Shown one piece after another: positions 37,021 to 46,123 of a DNA stretch of 64,000 nucleotides. The position numbers and the translations under genes were made by a program. The stretch is from positions 32,001-96,000 of IMG/VR virus record IMGVR_UViG_3300037466_003648, one strand, 5' to 3'. The notes under the pieces were generated by a model. It had not been told where the DNA came from, searched no databases, and was given only the letters and a program-made list of their open reading frames with translations. Positions within the stretch are counted from its first letter, which is position 1; each line of letters begins with the position of its first letter. Origin of the DNA: a virus (Duplodnaviria > Caudoviricetes).

Positions 37021-37644
37021 ATGTTTCAGCCGGTTCAACCCCACGTCTTCAAGAACAAGGATCAGCGGCGCCTCCTCGGCGAGAAGCTGGCTCTGGCCCG
37101 CTTGACCAAGGGCTACTCGCAGGCAGAAGCCCTGCGTGCGTCGGGCCTGCTCAACCCCGACGCCAGCCACACCACCCACGAAGGTGGTGTGACCCGCGGC
37201 TTCCTGACCTACGTGGAGGCCGGTACCCGCGGCGTCACGAAGGACCAGCTCTCCGCGCTCGCCAAGCTCTACGGCGTTAGCTATAAGAGCTTGATCGATC
37301 CCGCAGCCCTGACCGCTTCCCAGGTCAAGATGCTCAAGACCCTGCAGCTTGGGATGAAGCATCGGACCGCGCCGACCGGCACCAAGAAGTCCACGTCCAT
37401 CGGGGCGGGACGTACCCACAAGGTGATGGCGACCGCCAACGGGCGTCGCACCCAGCGCCAGGCGACGGTACCCCAAGCAGCGCCGCAGCATGGCATCACC
37501 CCGGCGGACATCGCCATGCTCGATGTGGTCCGCGACTGCTCTGAGCCCGAGAAGGTTTGGTTGCGGGATGGGCTGATCAAGCTCAAGGACCGCATGCGGT
37601 CGACGGTCGCGTCACCCACCAAGCAGTTGGTCGGCACCCGCTAA
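37021..37644 (+). CDS. XRE-family HTH transcriptional regulator
   Basis: LGEKLALARLTKGYSQ...FLTYVEAG-R...LSALAKLYGVS; GGAGG RBS. Confidence 0.8.
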   Translation: MFQPVQPHVFKNKDQRRLLGEKLALARLTKGYSQAEALRASGLLNPDASHTTHEGGVTRGFLTYVEAGTRGVTKDQLSALAKLYGVSYKSLIDPAALTASQVKMLKTLQLGMKHRTAPTGTKKSTSIGAGRTHKVMATANGRRTQRQATVPQAAPQHGITPADIAMLDVVRDCSEPEKVWLRDGLIKLKDRMRSTVASPTKQLVGTR

Positions 37645-37649
37645 TCCAC

Positions 37650-37684
37650 CGGGCTCGGGAGAGAATCCCGAGCCCTTCTTCTTA
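37650..37684 (+). terminator. intrinsic terminator
   Basis: GGGCTCGGGA-GAGAA-TCCCGAGCCC followed by TTCTTCTT. Confidence 0.75.
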
Positions 37685-37693
37685 GGAGGCTTC

Positions 37694-38038
37694 ATGACGC
37701 AGACCTTACAGTTCAAGCGTCTCGAAGTCGTAGGGGCACGGTTCCAGGCTGGGGTTGACTGGGCAGCGCTCCGAACGGGTGACCGGTTGGAGTTGATCCC
37801 GGAACCAACCAACGAGGTTGACAGCACAGCCGTGGCGGTCTATGCTGGCGCGACCCGGATCGGTTACCTGGCTCGGGAACGTGCCGAGATGTTCAGTCCT
37901 CTGTTGATTCACGGCTACATCAAAGCACGCGTCCAGCTTGTTCAGATCGATCCGTGGGTCGAGCGGCGACGCTTCACCCCCATCTTGATCGACTGTGAGA
38001 TCGAGAAAGTTGCTACGCCTACCCCCTTACCTGGCTAA
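37694..38038 (+). CDS. HIRAN domain protein
   Basis: VVG..F...GDRLELIPEP-NEVDSTAVAV....IGYL. Confidence 0.85.
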   Translation: MTQTLQFKRLEVVGARFQAGVDWAALRTGDRLELIPEPTNEVDSTAVAVYAGATRIGYLARERAEMFSPLLIHGYIKARVQLVQIDPWVERRRFTPILIDCEIEKVATPTPLPG

Positions 38039-38233
38039 GCGCATCCTGCTGGCCTTGATGCGATTCTGGTACCGCCGCGCCCACCAGGCGATCGCATCCA
38101 CCCTGACCCTGTTTGGCCTCGACCGCGTGTCATCCGACAAGCTGGCCGAAGGCTTCTTGCTGCGTGCCCTCACCCGGTACCGCGCTTCCCTGTCACAATC
38201 CCCAAGCAAGTCACCCAAGGAGGAGACCATCCC

Positions 38234-39160
38234 ATGGCTGAAGAGTTGAAGCTGCCCACGAACCTGCCGAAGGACATCGCGGAGTTCATGTCCTCGCAGA
38301 AGTACGCGAACGGCATGTGCATCCGCAACGTCAACAACTTGGCAGCGACCATCGCCAACAACGCCGCGATCACCGACGAGGTCTTCGCGGACATCCTCTC
38401 GAAGACCAACAAGACCTCGATGGAGACCCTGCCCGACATCTACGCGGTGCGCAACGAGATCAACGCGCGCTACGGCGATGGCAAGGGTGCTGCGCCTGCC
38501 CCCGCTGCCGCGGCGCCGACCCCGGCCCCCACCCCGGAGCCCGAGGCCGCTCCGGCTCCCACCCCCGAGCCCGCGGCTGCTCCGGCGCCGTTGCTCGAAG
38601 GCTTCGGCGCGCCTCCCACTTCGACCCCGACTCCCACGCCGGAGCCCGAGGTCGCTCCGGCTGCCGCTCCCGCGCCCAAGAAGCTGTCCGCTGCCGGTAA
38701 CAATCCGGTCGTGAGCAGCGCTGCTGCCGCGCCCCCGGTGGACGACATCGCGGCGGCGTTTGCCGCGGCGCCGACCGCGGTCACGGCCCAGCTGGAGACG
38801 GCGGTGGACGAGATCATGGACGAGCTGCCCGAGCCCCCGGCGGCGGAGGAAGAAGGTCCGGTGATCGACACGGAAGCGGAGACGGTCACTTCGGCACCCA
38901 CGCCGAAGCCCGAGACGCCTGCCCCGTCGGCTACCACGACCGAGGAAGCTCCCAAGCCGATCAAGGCTGGTGGTCGGGGTGCCAAGGTTGTCGCGGCCGG
39001 TCCCGAGAACGTGGTCAAGCAGCTGCTCGACAAGATCGACGAGCGCGACAAGCGGATCGAAGAGCTGGAGAAGGCGCTCACCGAGGCCAGCGCCAGCTCG
39101 ATGAAGCTGTCGGCTTCCATCGCCAAGCGCCTGGAGGCGGTGGGCGTCTCCGTCGAGTAG
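38234..39160 (+). CDS. Ala/Pro-rich linker protein with coiled-coil C-terminus
   Basis: AAGGAGGAG RBS; PTPEPE repeats. Confidence 0.8.
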   Translation: MAEELKLPTNLPKDIAEFMSSQKYANGMCIRNVNNLAATIANNAAITDEVFADILSKTNKTSMETLPDIYAVRNEINARYGDGKGAAPAPAAAAPTPAPTPEPEAAPAPTPEPAAAPAPLLEGFGAPPTSTPTPTPEPEVAPAAAPAPKKLSAAGNNPVVSSAAAAPPVDDIAAAFAAAPTAVTAQLETAVDEIMDELPEPPAAEEEGPVIDTEAETVTSAPTPKPETPAPSATTTEEAPKPIKAGGRGAKVVAAGPENVVKQLLDKIDERDKRIEELEKALTEASASSMKLSASIAKRLEAVGVSVE

Positions 39161-39164
39161 ATCC

Positions 39165-39193
39165 TTGTAAGCGGGGCTTCTTCATGGTAGGAT
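39165..39193 (+). promoter_or_regulatory. sigma70-type promoter
   Basis: TTGTAA-17-TAGGAT with TG. Confidence 0.6.
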
Positions 39194-39214
39194 CACTGCC
39201 ATTGGAGGAGCCCC

Positions 39215-40000
39215 GTGAACTGGGATCACCCTGACCACGAAGTATTCAAAGAGCGGCGGGACGAGAGCCAGATTCTCACGAGCTGGTACGTCGCCCGCCC
39301 TCTTGTTCAGAAGCAGCTCGACGGTCATCCACTAACCGAAGCCGAGCGGATGTACGTTCGACGCTTCTACGGCTCGAACGTCAACCAGGAGTTCTTCTGC
39401 CGCCTGGGGCTGACCTTCGCCAACAACAGCGAGTGTTGGCTGCCGGGCATCCCCACAGAGGAGCAGTGCCAGCGCTGCTCGCTGCATTACGCCTCGACCC
39501 ACGTCGTGAACTTCGGTCGCGATGAAGTCCCGAACGCGCCACCCGATCGTACCAACGTGAGCATGGTGGCAACCAAGGACGAGCAGGGCATCACCCGCAT
39601 CACCTGGATTCCCGTGAAGGACGCGCCAGCTGGAATGAACGGCCAGTTCATCGCGGGGGTGCAGCACGCGTTCAGCTCGTCGCTGACCCGCATCTTTCCC
39701 GTTTGCCTGCCTGGCCTGAGCCCCAGCTTCGACAAGTCCTGTGACGGGAACTGTGCGAAGTGTCCTGGCTATGGGTATTATGATGCTACACAAGAAACAA
39801 CCACGACCAACCTTGGGAACGTGAAGCTGACCAATGCCACCCTGCACCCTCGCATCGCCGAGCGGTTGAAGGTGATAGGCACGCAGCATGAGGAGCCACC
39901 TCTTGACGAACGAATCGAAGTACGATCCAATGATACCGATGGACTTTCACCAAGCGGAGATCCGAGTCGTACCGAGCTACCGCCGCCGGAAGGGTCGTGA
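39215..40000 (+). CDS. Cys-rich hypothetical protein
   Basis: GGAGGAG RBS before GTG. Confidence 0.65.
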   Translation: MNWDHPDHEVFKERRDESQILTSWYVARPLVQKQLDGHPLTEAERMYVRRFYGSNVNQEFFCRLGLTFANNSECWLPGIPTEEQCQRCSLHYASTHVVNFGRDEVPNAPPDRTNVSMVATKDEQGITRITWIPVKDAPAGMNGQFIAGVQHAFSSSLTRIFPVCLPGLSPSFDKSCDGNCAKCPGYGYYDATQETTTTNLGNVKLTNATLHPRIAERLKVIGTQHEEPPLDERIEVRSNDTDGLSPSGDPSRTELPPPEGS

Positions 40001-40166
40001 GCTGATCGGCTCTCGGTACGCTGGTCGCAAGGGGACCATCGAGGTCCGTCCCGCCATCCACGGCGCCTACGCCTCCGCCTTTGTGATGCCCAACGGCTAC
40101 CGTGCTGGCAAAACCGACGAGGTCGTCACCATCCCCGTGGACATCTCGTCCGCCACCCTAATCTAG
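39930..40166 (+). CDS. hypothetical protein
   Basis: GC3 bias; overlaps upstream gene end; start uncertain. Confidence 0.45.
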   Translation: MIPMDFHQAEIRVVPSYRRRKGRELIGSRYAGRKGTIEVRPAIHGAYASAFVMPNGYRAGKTDEVVTIPVDISSATLI

Positions 40167-40175
40167 GAGATCCAG

Positions 40176-40496
40176 ATGCTCAAGAAGACCCTGCTCGCTG
40201 TCGTCGCTGCGCTGTTCATGACGGGCTGTGCCAACGCCTTCAACCGCGTTGACCGTACGTTCTTCCAGAACTCGGCGGGCGACTACCACCTCGTCCAGTA
40301 CACCCTGGCAGGAAATGTGGACTACTGGGTCCACAACATCAAGGTGACCCAGGAGCACGAGACCGATGGCGTGTTCTTCTTCCTCGCCGACGGTACGATG
40401 GTGGAGATCCAGGGTCCGGTGACCAGCGTCCGCCTCAAGCACGGCTTCGACGGCCCCGATCGGTTGCCCGCGAACCTGCTGGCTCCGGCCAAGTAG
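40176..40496 (+). CDS. putative lipoprotein
   Basis: MLKKTLLAVVAALFMTGC lipobox. Confidence 0.75.
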   Translation: MLKKTLLAVVAALFMTGCANAFNRVDRTFFQNSAGDYHLVQYTLAGNVDYWVHNIKVTQEHETDGVFFFLADGTMVEIQGPVTSVRLKHGFDGPDRLPANLLAPAK

Positions 40497-40504
40497 GCGC
40501 ACCC

Positions 40505-41611
40505 ATGAGCGCCAGCTACCCCGAGAACCTCGTCGAGCTTGAAGCCTGGTTGAAGGACCGGGACCGCGAGTACTACGAGAAGGATGCCCCTACTGTCAGC
40601 GACGCGGTCTACGACGCCGCCACCAGCTACTGGGAGCGCATGGCGGGCAAGACCTGGGAGGTGCTGGGCAAGCCCTCCGAGCAGTTGACCCGCATCCCGC
40701 ACGTCGTGCCGATGCTCTCGCTCTCGAAAGAGACGGAGATCGAAGGCGTCGTCGCTTGGATTCCCGACCCCGACGAAGTCTACGTGCTGCTGCCCAAGAT
40801 CGACGGCATGGCAGGTCGCCTCAAGTACGATGCGGGTCAGCTCGCCAACGCGGTGTCTCGTGGTGACGGGTCCGTGGGTGAGAGCATCCTGCACAGCCTC
40901 AAGCTGCCGCTTGCCTCGGGTCACATCCCCGACGTGCTGCCCGACCCGCCACCGGGCGATCTCTACCCCGGTGGTGAGGTCTACCTGCCCAAGGAGCTGT
41001 TCAAGCTCGTGGGTGGTGCCAACCCCCGCAACGTGGGCGCTGGTCTGGTCCGTCGTCAGACACCGCACCCGCACCAGGCGCATCTGCGCTTCGTCGCCTA
41101 CCACCTGGTGGACCCGACCGGTCATGCGGGCGAGACGTACCTGGAGCAGCTGGAGTGGCTGCGCTGCCAGGGCTTCGAGATTCCCCCGCACGCGACCATC
41201 CATGGGGCGGACTTCCAGCACCTGACGCTCGACGCGCTGCACCCCGACCAGTGGCTCAACCCCGGCGAAGTGCTGCCCTACGAGATCGACGGCGTCGTCA
41301 TCACCTTGAACAACCTCGCCAAGCGCGCGGCGTTGGGCGAGACGGGCCACCACCCGCGCTGGGCGTGTGCCGTCAAGTTCGCGACGGAGATCGCCGTGAC
41401 CAAGCTGATCACCGTAGAGTGGAGCGCCACCCGTACGGGTGTCGTGGTCCCCACCGCGGTGTTCGAGGCGGTCAACTTGTGCGGCACCATCGTGACCCGT
41501 GCCACATTGCACAACCTGGAGCACTACCAGAAGTTGGGTGTGCGTCCGGGGGATATGGTGAAGGTCAGGAAGGCGAACGACATCATACCCGAGCTGATTG
41601 GCAAGGCGTGA
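40505..41611 (+). CDS. ligA: NAD-dependent DNA ligase, N-terminal part (Ia, adenylation, OB domains)
   Basis: PMLSL, KIDG, SRGDG, IDGVV, PRWA-AVKF, RTG, TRATLHN, IIPE; stops after OB fold. Confidence 0.9.
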   Translation: MSASYPENLVELEAWLKDRDREYYEKDAPTVSDAVYDAATSYWERMAGKTWEVLGKPSEQLTRIPHVVPMLSLSKETEIEGVVAWIPDPDEVYVLLPKIDGMAGRLKYDAGQLANAVSRGDGSVGESILHSLKLPLASGHIPDVLPDPPPGDLYPGGEVYLPKELFKLVGGANPRNVGAGLVRRQTPHPHQAHLRFVAYHLVDPTGHAGETYLEQLEWLRCQGFEIPPHATIHGADFQHLTLDALHPDQWLNPGEVLPYEIDGVVITLNNLAKRAALGETGHHPRWACAVKFATEIAVTKLITVEWSATRTGVVVPTAVFEAVNLCGTIVTRATLHNLEHYQKLGVRPGDMVKVRKANDIIPELIGKA

Positions 41612-41766
41612 TGGGTGTGGTCCTTTGTTTCTTCGGGTTCGTCTTGCTGCTGGCCGACCTCGACAACATCCTACAGCATGACTACTTCTGGGGCTTGGTT
41701 GGCCTGGGTGTGATGATCGTGGGCTACGTCATCGACGCCTACGAAGATTGGAGTATGACCTCGTGA
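41611..41766 (+). CDS. small membrane protein (51 aa) between ligase halves
   Basis: TGATG and GTGA couplings; two hydrophobic segments. Confidence 0.65.
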   Translation: MGVVLCFFGFVLLLADLDNILQHDYFWGLVGLGVMIVGYVIDAYEDWSMTS

Positions 41767-42641
41767 CCGTTTCGTTGGATCTCCCCTATCCGCCGACCTG
41801 CCCCAGCTGCAAGCACCCGACCGTCGTGTCGCTGCCGCACCTGGTCTGCCCCAACCCCTCGTGCCGGGCCAAGCTCGTGTTCCTGTTGGCACACGTCGCC
41901 AAGCGCCCGAACTTCGACATCGGCACGCTGGGCGAAGAGGTGGCCGAAGCCCTTGTCGCGTCGGGCTTGGTCAAGAACCTGTACGATCTCTTCACCCTCG
42001 AAGAGGCCAAGGTTGCGTCGATCCCCTTCGGCAAGGGCACGTACGGCAGCGTGCGGGCCAAGAAGTTGGTCGACAACATCGACAAAGCACGCGAGAAGCC
42101 CTGGAACGTGGTGCTGCACTCGCTGGGCATCCCCGGTCTGGGCGAGCCCGAGTGCGACATCATCGCCGCCAAGTACTCGCTCTGGGATCTCGCAGTCGCG
42201 ATGAACCCCGCGCAGCTCAAGGTCGAGCTGATGACCCTCAAGGGCATGGGCGAGAAGACCGCGGTGGCACTGGCCGAGTGGTTGAAGATCAACCGGGACT
42301 GGCTCGTCCAGTACGAACTGACGGAGGCTGGTGGACGCGCAACGGGTGGTCTCATCACGCTGCTCAACACGCGTCCCGAGGTCATCGACAGTCGCACACA
42401 GCCCTTGCTGGGCTACAAGATCGTGCTGACCGGCAGTTTCAGCACCAAGAGCGCTCGCAGCGACTACGAGAAGCGCCTGAAGAAGCTGGGTGCCGAGGTG
42501 CCCGGCAGCGTCAGCGTCAACACCACCTACCTCGTGGCCGGTGCCAACGTCGGCGCCAACAAGACCGACGCGGCCAAGAAGCACGGCGTCAACATCATCG
42601 ACGAGGCGACGCTGGTCGCCCTGCTGAAGGAGCACGAGTAA
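41763..42641 (+). CDS. ligA: NAD-dependent DNA ligase, C-terminal part (Zn finger, HhH, BRCT)
   Basis: CPSC...CPNPSC; LGIPGLG; BRCT IVLTG...GSVS-NT-YLVAG; GGAG RBS before GTG41763. Confidence 0.88.
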   Translation: MTVSLDLPYPPTCPSCKHPTVVSLPHLVCPNPSCRAKLVFLLAHVAKRPNFDIGTLGEEVAEALVASGLVKNLYDLFTLEEAKVASIPFGKGTYGSVRAKKLVDNIDKAREKPWNVVLHSLGIPGLGEPECDIIAAKYSLWDLAVAMNPAQLKVELMTLKGMGEKTAVALAEWLKINRDWLVQYELTEAGGRATGGLITLLNTRPEVIDSRTQPLLGYKIVLTGSFSTKSARSDYEKRLKKLGAEVPGSVSVNTTYLVAGANVGANKTDAAKKHGVNIIDEATLVALLKEHE

Positions 42642-42850
42642 TGCCCACCAACAAAGCCGAGACGCCCGAACCGAAGCCGACTCACGGCACACCGGTTGTG
42701 CGGATCTTCCGCGAGAAGCAGACCCTGATCGTCGAGGCCAACGAGATGCTCGTCGACCGCGATGCCTTGGGCCAGCTCGCGGGCAAGATGCCCGACCTCT
42801 ACCGACACCTGTCGTCCTACGGGATCGACACCGTCGAGCTGCGGGTGTAA
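42641..42850 (+). CDS. hypothetical protein
   Basis: TAATG coupling. Confidence 0.65.
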   Translation: MPTNKAETPEPKPTHGTPVVRIFREKQTLIVEANEMLVDRDALGQLAGKMPDLYRHLSSYGIDTVELRV

Positions 42851-42852
42851 CC

Positions 42853-43425
42853 ATGGCCGAAGTCGAAGCCAAGTTCCATCTGACGGACATCCAGGTTGGC
42901 GAGATCACCCGCATCCTGGGCCGACCCAAGGCTCATCTTGTCCAGACGGACACCTACTTCGACACGCCGAAGGGCTTGAGCTTGCGCATCCGCGAGGAGC
43001 GTAACCTCGCGCTGGGCAGCCACACCGCCTACCTTACCGCCAAGAGCGTGAGCGACCACACCGGCGGCATCCGTGCCGTCGAGGAGATCGAACCCGTCAT
43101 CGACCCCGACGACATCGACGTGTGGACCCGCATGTTCACGAACCTGATGGGCTTTCCTAAGGACGTGACGGTGGAGAAGCAGCGTGCGGAGTACGAGATC
43201 GACCGCGAGAGCGGTGGCATTGCCAAGCTCGTGCTCGACTTCATCTCCCAGCTGGGCCACTTCTGCGAGATCGAGATCGTCACCGAGGCATCCGACACGT
43301 TGTCGTGCGAAGCAGCCACTACCGAGCTGCAGAAGCTCATCAAGGAGCTGGGGCTGAGTCACCTGACCCCTGCCACGGGCTCGTACCGCTACATGCTCAA
43401 GCAGAAGGTGAAGGAGGGTGCATGA
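42853..43425 (+). CDS. CYTH (triphosphate tunnel metalloenzyme) protein
   Basis: EVEAKF, QTDTYFD, LRIR, EEIE, EKQR, EIEI. Confidence 0.85.
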   Translation: MAEVEAKFHLTDIQVGEITRILGRPKAHLVQTDTYFDTPKGLSLRIREERNLALGSHTAYLTAKSVSDHTGGIRAVEEIEPVIDPDDIDVWTRMFTNLMGFPKDVTVEKQRAEYEIDRESGGIAKLVLDFISQLGHFCEIEIVTEASDTLSCEAATTELQKLIKELGLSHLTPATGSYRYMLKQKVKEGA

Positions 43426-43763
43426 CGTCTCTCCGCTTCGGTGTGGCGTTCGCCGTGACGTTGCTGGTCAGCCAGCTGCTCCTCTCGGCCTCGGTCGGCG
43501 CCCGTCAGCCGTACCATCCTGATGTTTCGATGCCGGGTTGGACACTCAACAACCACCCCGGCGGTGGTCCCTACGTCTCGATCTTCGAGCAGTGCCCGAA
43601 CTTCGACCTGTTGCTGGTACACGATCGCTTCGGCATCGTCGAGCCCCGACCGGGTTGGTGGTACGCGGGTCAGGACGAACACGTCCCTGGTTACTTGATC
43701 TACCGCCGACCGCAGAACAAGAGCTTCCAACAGATCTGGACGGTCGATCCGTCCCCGCACTAG
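43422..43763 (+). CDS. hypothetical secreted/membrane protein
   Basis: GGAGG RBS; N-terminal hydrophobic segment. Confidence 0.6.
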   Translation: MTSLRFGVAFAVTLLVSQLLLSASVGARQPYHPDVSMPGWTLNNHPGGGPYVSIFEQCPNFDLLLVHDRFGIVEPRPGWWYAGQDEHVPGYLIYRRPQNKSFQQIWTVDPSPH

Positions 43764-43771
43764 GAGATCCA

Positions 43772-44314
43772 ATGCCCGACACGAACTACAGCGGCTACTA
43801 CCAGCACTACAAGGGTGGCTACTACCAGCGGCAGCTCTGCGGTAACAGCTGGACGGTGCTCGACACCACCTCCGGGAAGGAGCTGGCGATCTACAGCGCC
43901 GTTAACGAGGACGAGTACAAGCACGCCGCGTTCGCTCGTCCCGTCGAAGAGTTCGAAGGCACGGTCGAGGTGGATGGCAAGACCGTCCCGCGCTTCCGTC
44001 TGATCGGAGCCGACGAGAAGGTCCGCGTCGTCTGGTACACCTACATGTGCCCGATGTGCGGAGACCAAGCGCTGCCGGGCAAGTTCAGCTCGAAGCAGAT
44101 CTTGCTTGACTCTCGCGAGGCGCTCACTCTCGACGAGTTCTCGTGCTACAGCTGCCGCATGGACTTCGAAGAGTCCGTTGGCGAGGGCTGGCGCGAAGCC
44201 CAGTCGTTCTCGCGCAACATCCGCGAGAACTCGATCAGCGTCGTGCCTCCCCTGGTGGCACGCTGGCGCAAGGACATCGAGACCGTCGCCCGTGTAGCAC
44301 CGACCGACGAGTAG
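43772..44314 (+). CDS. DUF1653-like domain protein with C-terminal Zn ribbon
   Basis: YQHYKGG-Y...RPVEEFEG-V-VDG--VPRF; CPMC...CYSC. Confidence 0.7.
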   Translation: MPDTNYSGYYQHYKGGYYQRQLCGNSWTVLDTTSGKELAIYSAVNEDEYKHAAFARPVEEFEGTVEVDGKTVPRFRLIGADEKVRVVWYTYMCPMCGDQALPGKFSSKQILLDSREALTLDEFSCYSCRMDFEESVGEGWREAQSFSRNIRENSISVVPPLVARWRKDIETVARVAPTDE

Positions 44315-44392
44315 CCTACCGGGTGTCCGGTTGGGGCGGTTGGTCCGTTTTGATCCTGCCCCATCCGGGAACACGCCCGCAAGGAGAACCTG

Positions 44393-46111
44393 ATGCCCCC
44401 GACCAAGTCCCTCGATTGCTACGACCACTACCAGGAGAGCCTGTGCGGACTGCTGTCGCGGTTCCCGTTCTTCTACGCGTTCACGAACCAGTCGCCCTAC
44501 ACGGAGTCCCGGCAGGTTCCCATCGCGGAGATGTCTTTCGACGAGACCTCCAACAACATGAAGCTCGTTCTCAACCCGGACGAGTTCCCGCGCTACAACC
44601 TCAAGGACCAGATGTTCCACCTGGGTAAGCAGACGATCCACCAGATCCGTCTGCACCCGATCAGCCCCTTCGCCAAGCACGATCTCTGGCCCCTGGCCGC
44701 CAACATGGATGCGGTCAGCACGATGCTGGCCATGCAAGGACCAGACGGCAAGCCCTTCTTCACCATGCCCGAGGACCCCGATGACCCCGGCCATGGTGTC
44801 TACGTCACCCTGGATGGCGTGGCACGTCAGATCGAAGCGATGTGGGCGGCCAAGGGACAGCTCAAGCAGATCACCGCGCCCGAGCCCGAGCTGGGTGCGC
44901 TCGACTACTTCAACTGGCTGCTGGAGAACGTCCCCGCGGAGGCCAAGGAACCGGGCAAGGACAGCCAACCCAACCCGGAGGGCAAGCCCCAGAAGCAGAA
45001 GAACGACAATCCCGAGCCCGACGACGAGACCGAGCCCGAGCAGGAGCCCGAGGAGGAAGACGACGAGTCCGACCAGCCCGACAAGGGCGAGGGTGAAGAC
45101 GGCGACGGCGAATCCGACGACGACAGCCAAGGTGGCGGTGAAGAAGACAGCGACGACGAGGGCGACAGCGGGGAAGGCAAGGACGACCCCAAGGAAGACC
45201 CCAACGGCGAGGACGGCGACGGCAACGAAGACGATCCCGACACCGACAGCTCCGGTGACGACGGCGACGGCGAAGGTCAGGACGGCAAGTCTGGTGGCGC
45301 GCCACAAAACAAACCCGGCAAGGGTGGCGGTAGTCCCCGCGAGCTGATGCAGGAACTGCTGGACAAGTGCCAGCAGGACTGGCCTGACATGAACCCCGAT
45401 GAAAAGGAGATCATGAAGCAGGTCATCGCCGACCAGGTCGTGCAGGCGATGGCACAAGCCAACCCACCCGGCTCGTTGTCCGGCTCGTGTGCCGAGCTGA
45501 TCGAGAGCCTGAAGGACAAGGAAAGCTGGGAGCGTCACCTCAACAAGTTCACGGGTATGTCGGGTGGCCTCGATGGCCGCACCACGATGGCCCGTCGCAA
45601 CAAGTACGGTTCTTTCCCGCGCTACGTCTGGCGTCCCACCAAGAAGATCCTCATCATGATCGACACCTCCGGGTCGATGGATTCGCGCTGGATTGCTCGC
45701 GCCATTGGCGCCTGCGACAAGATCGCGAAGCACGCCGACGTGGACGTGATGTGGATCGATTGCGAGGTCCACGAGATCATCTCGTTCGCGGAAGCCAAGC
45801 GTCGCTCCAAGAAGCCGCGCGAGGACGGTCGCACTGGTTACGAGGCCAAGGGTCGGGGTGGTACCAGCATGCGTGCTGGCTTCCGTCACGTCCGCGATCA
45901 CAAGCTCAAGTACGACGCCCGCCTGGTCTTCAGCGATCTGGAGCTGGGCGATGCGAAATGGGGCGACAACTTCGGCTTCCCGCCCAAGACGGAGCAAGCT
46001 GGAATCCGTACCCTCTGGATCGGCGTCAAGGGTGATGCCAAGTCCCACCCCGTCCCGCGTGAAGCGGGTCCTGCCATCTACATCCCCGAGAGCGACCTGC
46101 TCGCTGCCTAA
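44393..46111 (+). CDS. DUF2201-type peptidase-like/vWA protein with long acidic linker
   Basis: C-terminal IDTSGSM...DCEV...GRGGT; D/E/G/P-rich middle; expected HExxH absent. Confidence 0.8.
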   Translation: MPPTKSLDCYDHYQESLCGLLSRFPFFYAFTNQSPYTESRQVPIAEMSFDETSNNMKLVLNPDEFPRYNLKDQMFHLGKQTIHQIRLHPISPFAKHDLWPLAANMDAVSTMLAMQGPDGKPFFTMPEDPDDPGHGVYVTLDGVARQIEAMWAAKGQLKQITAPEPELGALDYFNWLLENVPAEAKEPGKDSQPNPEGKPQKQKNDNPEPDDETEPEQEPEEEDDESDQPDKGEGEDGDGESDDDSQGGGEEDSDDEGDSGEGKDDPKEDPNGEDGDGNEDDPDTDSSGDDGDGEGQDGKSGGAPQNKPGKGGGSPRELMQELLDKCQQDWPDMNPDEKEIMKQVIADQVVQAMAQANPPGSLSGSCAELIESLKDKESWERHLNKFTGMSGGLDGRTTMARRNKYGSFPRYVWRPTKKILIMIDTSGSMDSRWIARAIGACDKIAKHADVDVMWIDCEVHEIISFAEAKRRSKKPREDGRTGYEAKGRGGTSMRAGFRHVRDHKLKYDARLVFSDLELGDAKWGDNFGFPPKTEQAGIRTLWIGVKGDAKSHPVPREAGPAIYIPESDLLAA

Positions 46112-46123
46112 AGGAGAACCACC

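Noticed and set aside
41609-41762. Self-splicing intron or ribosomal bypass rejoining ligA
   Set aside because: 154 nt is short for a group I intron and I saw no core elements; it holds a coupled ORF, and the second half has its own RBS. Not fully excluded without RT-PCR
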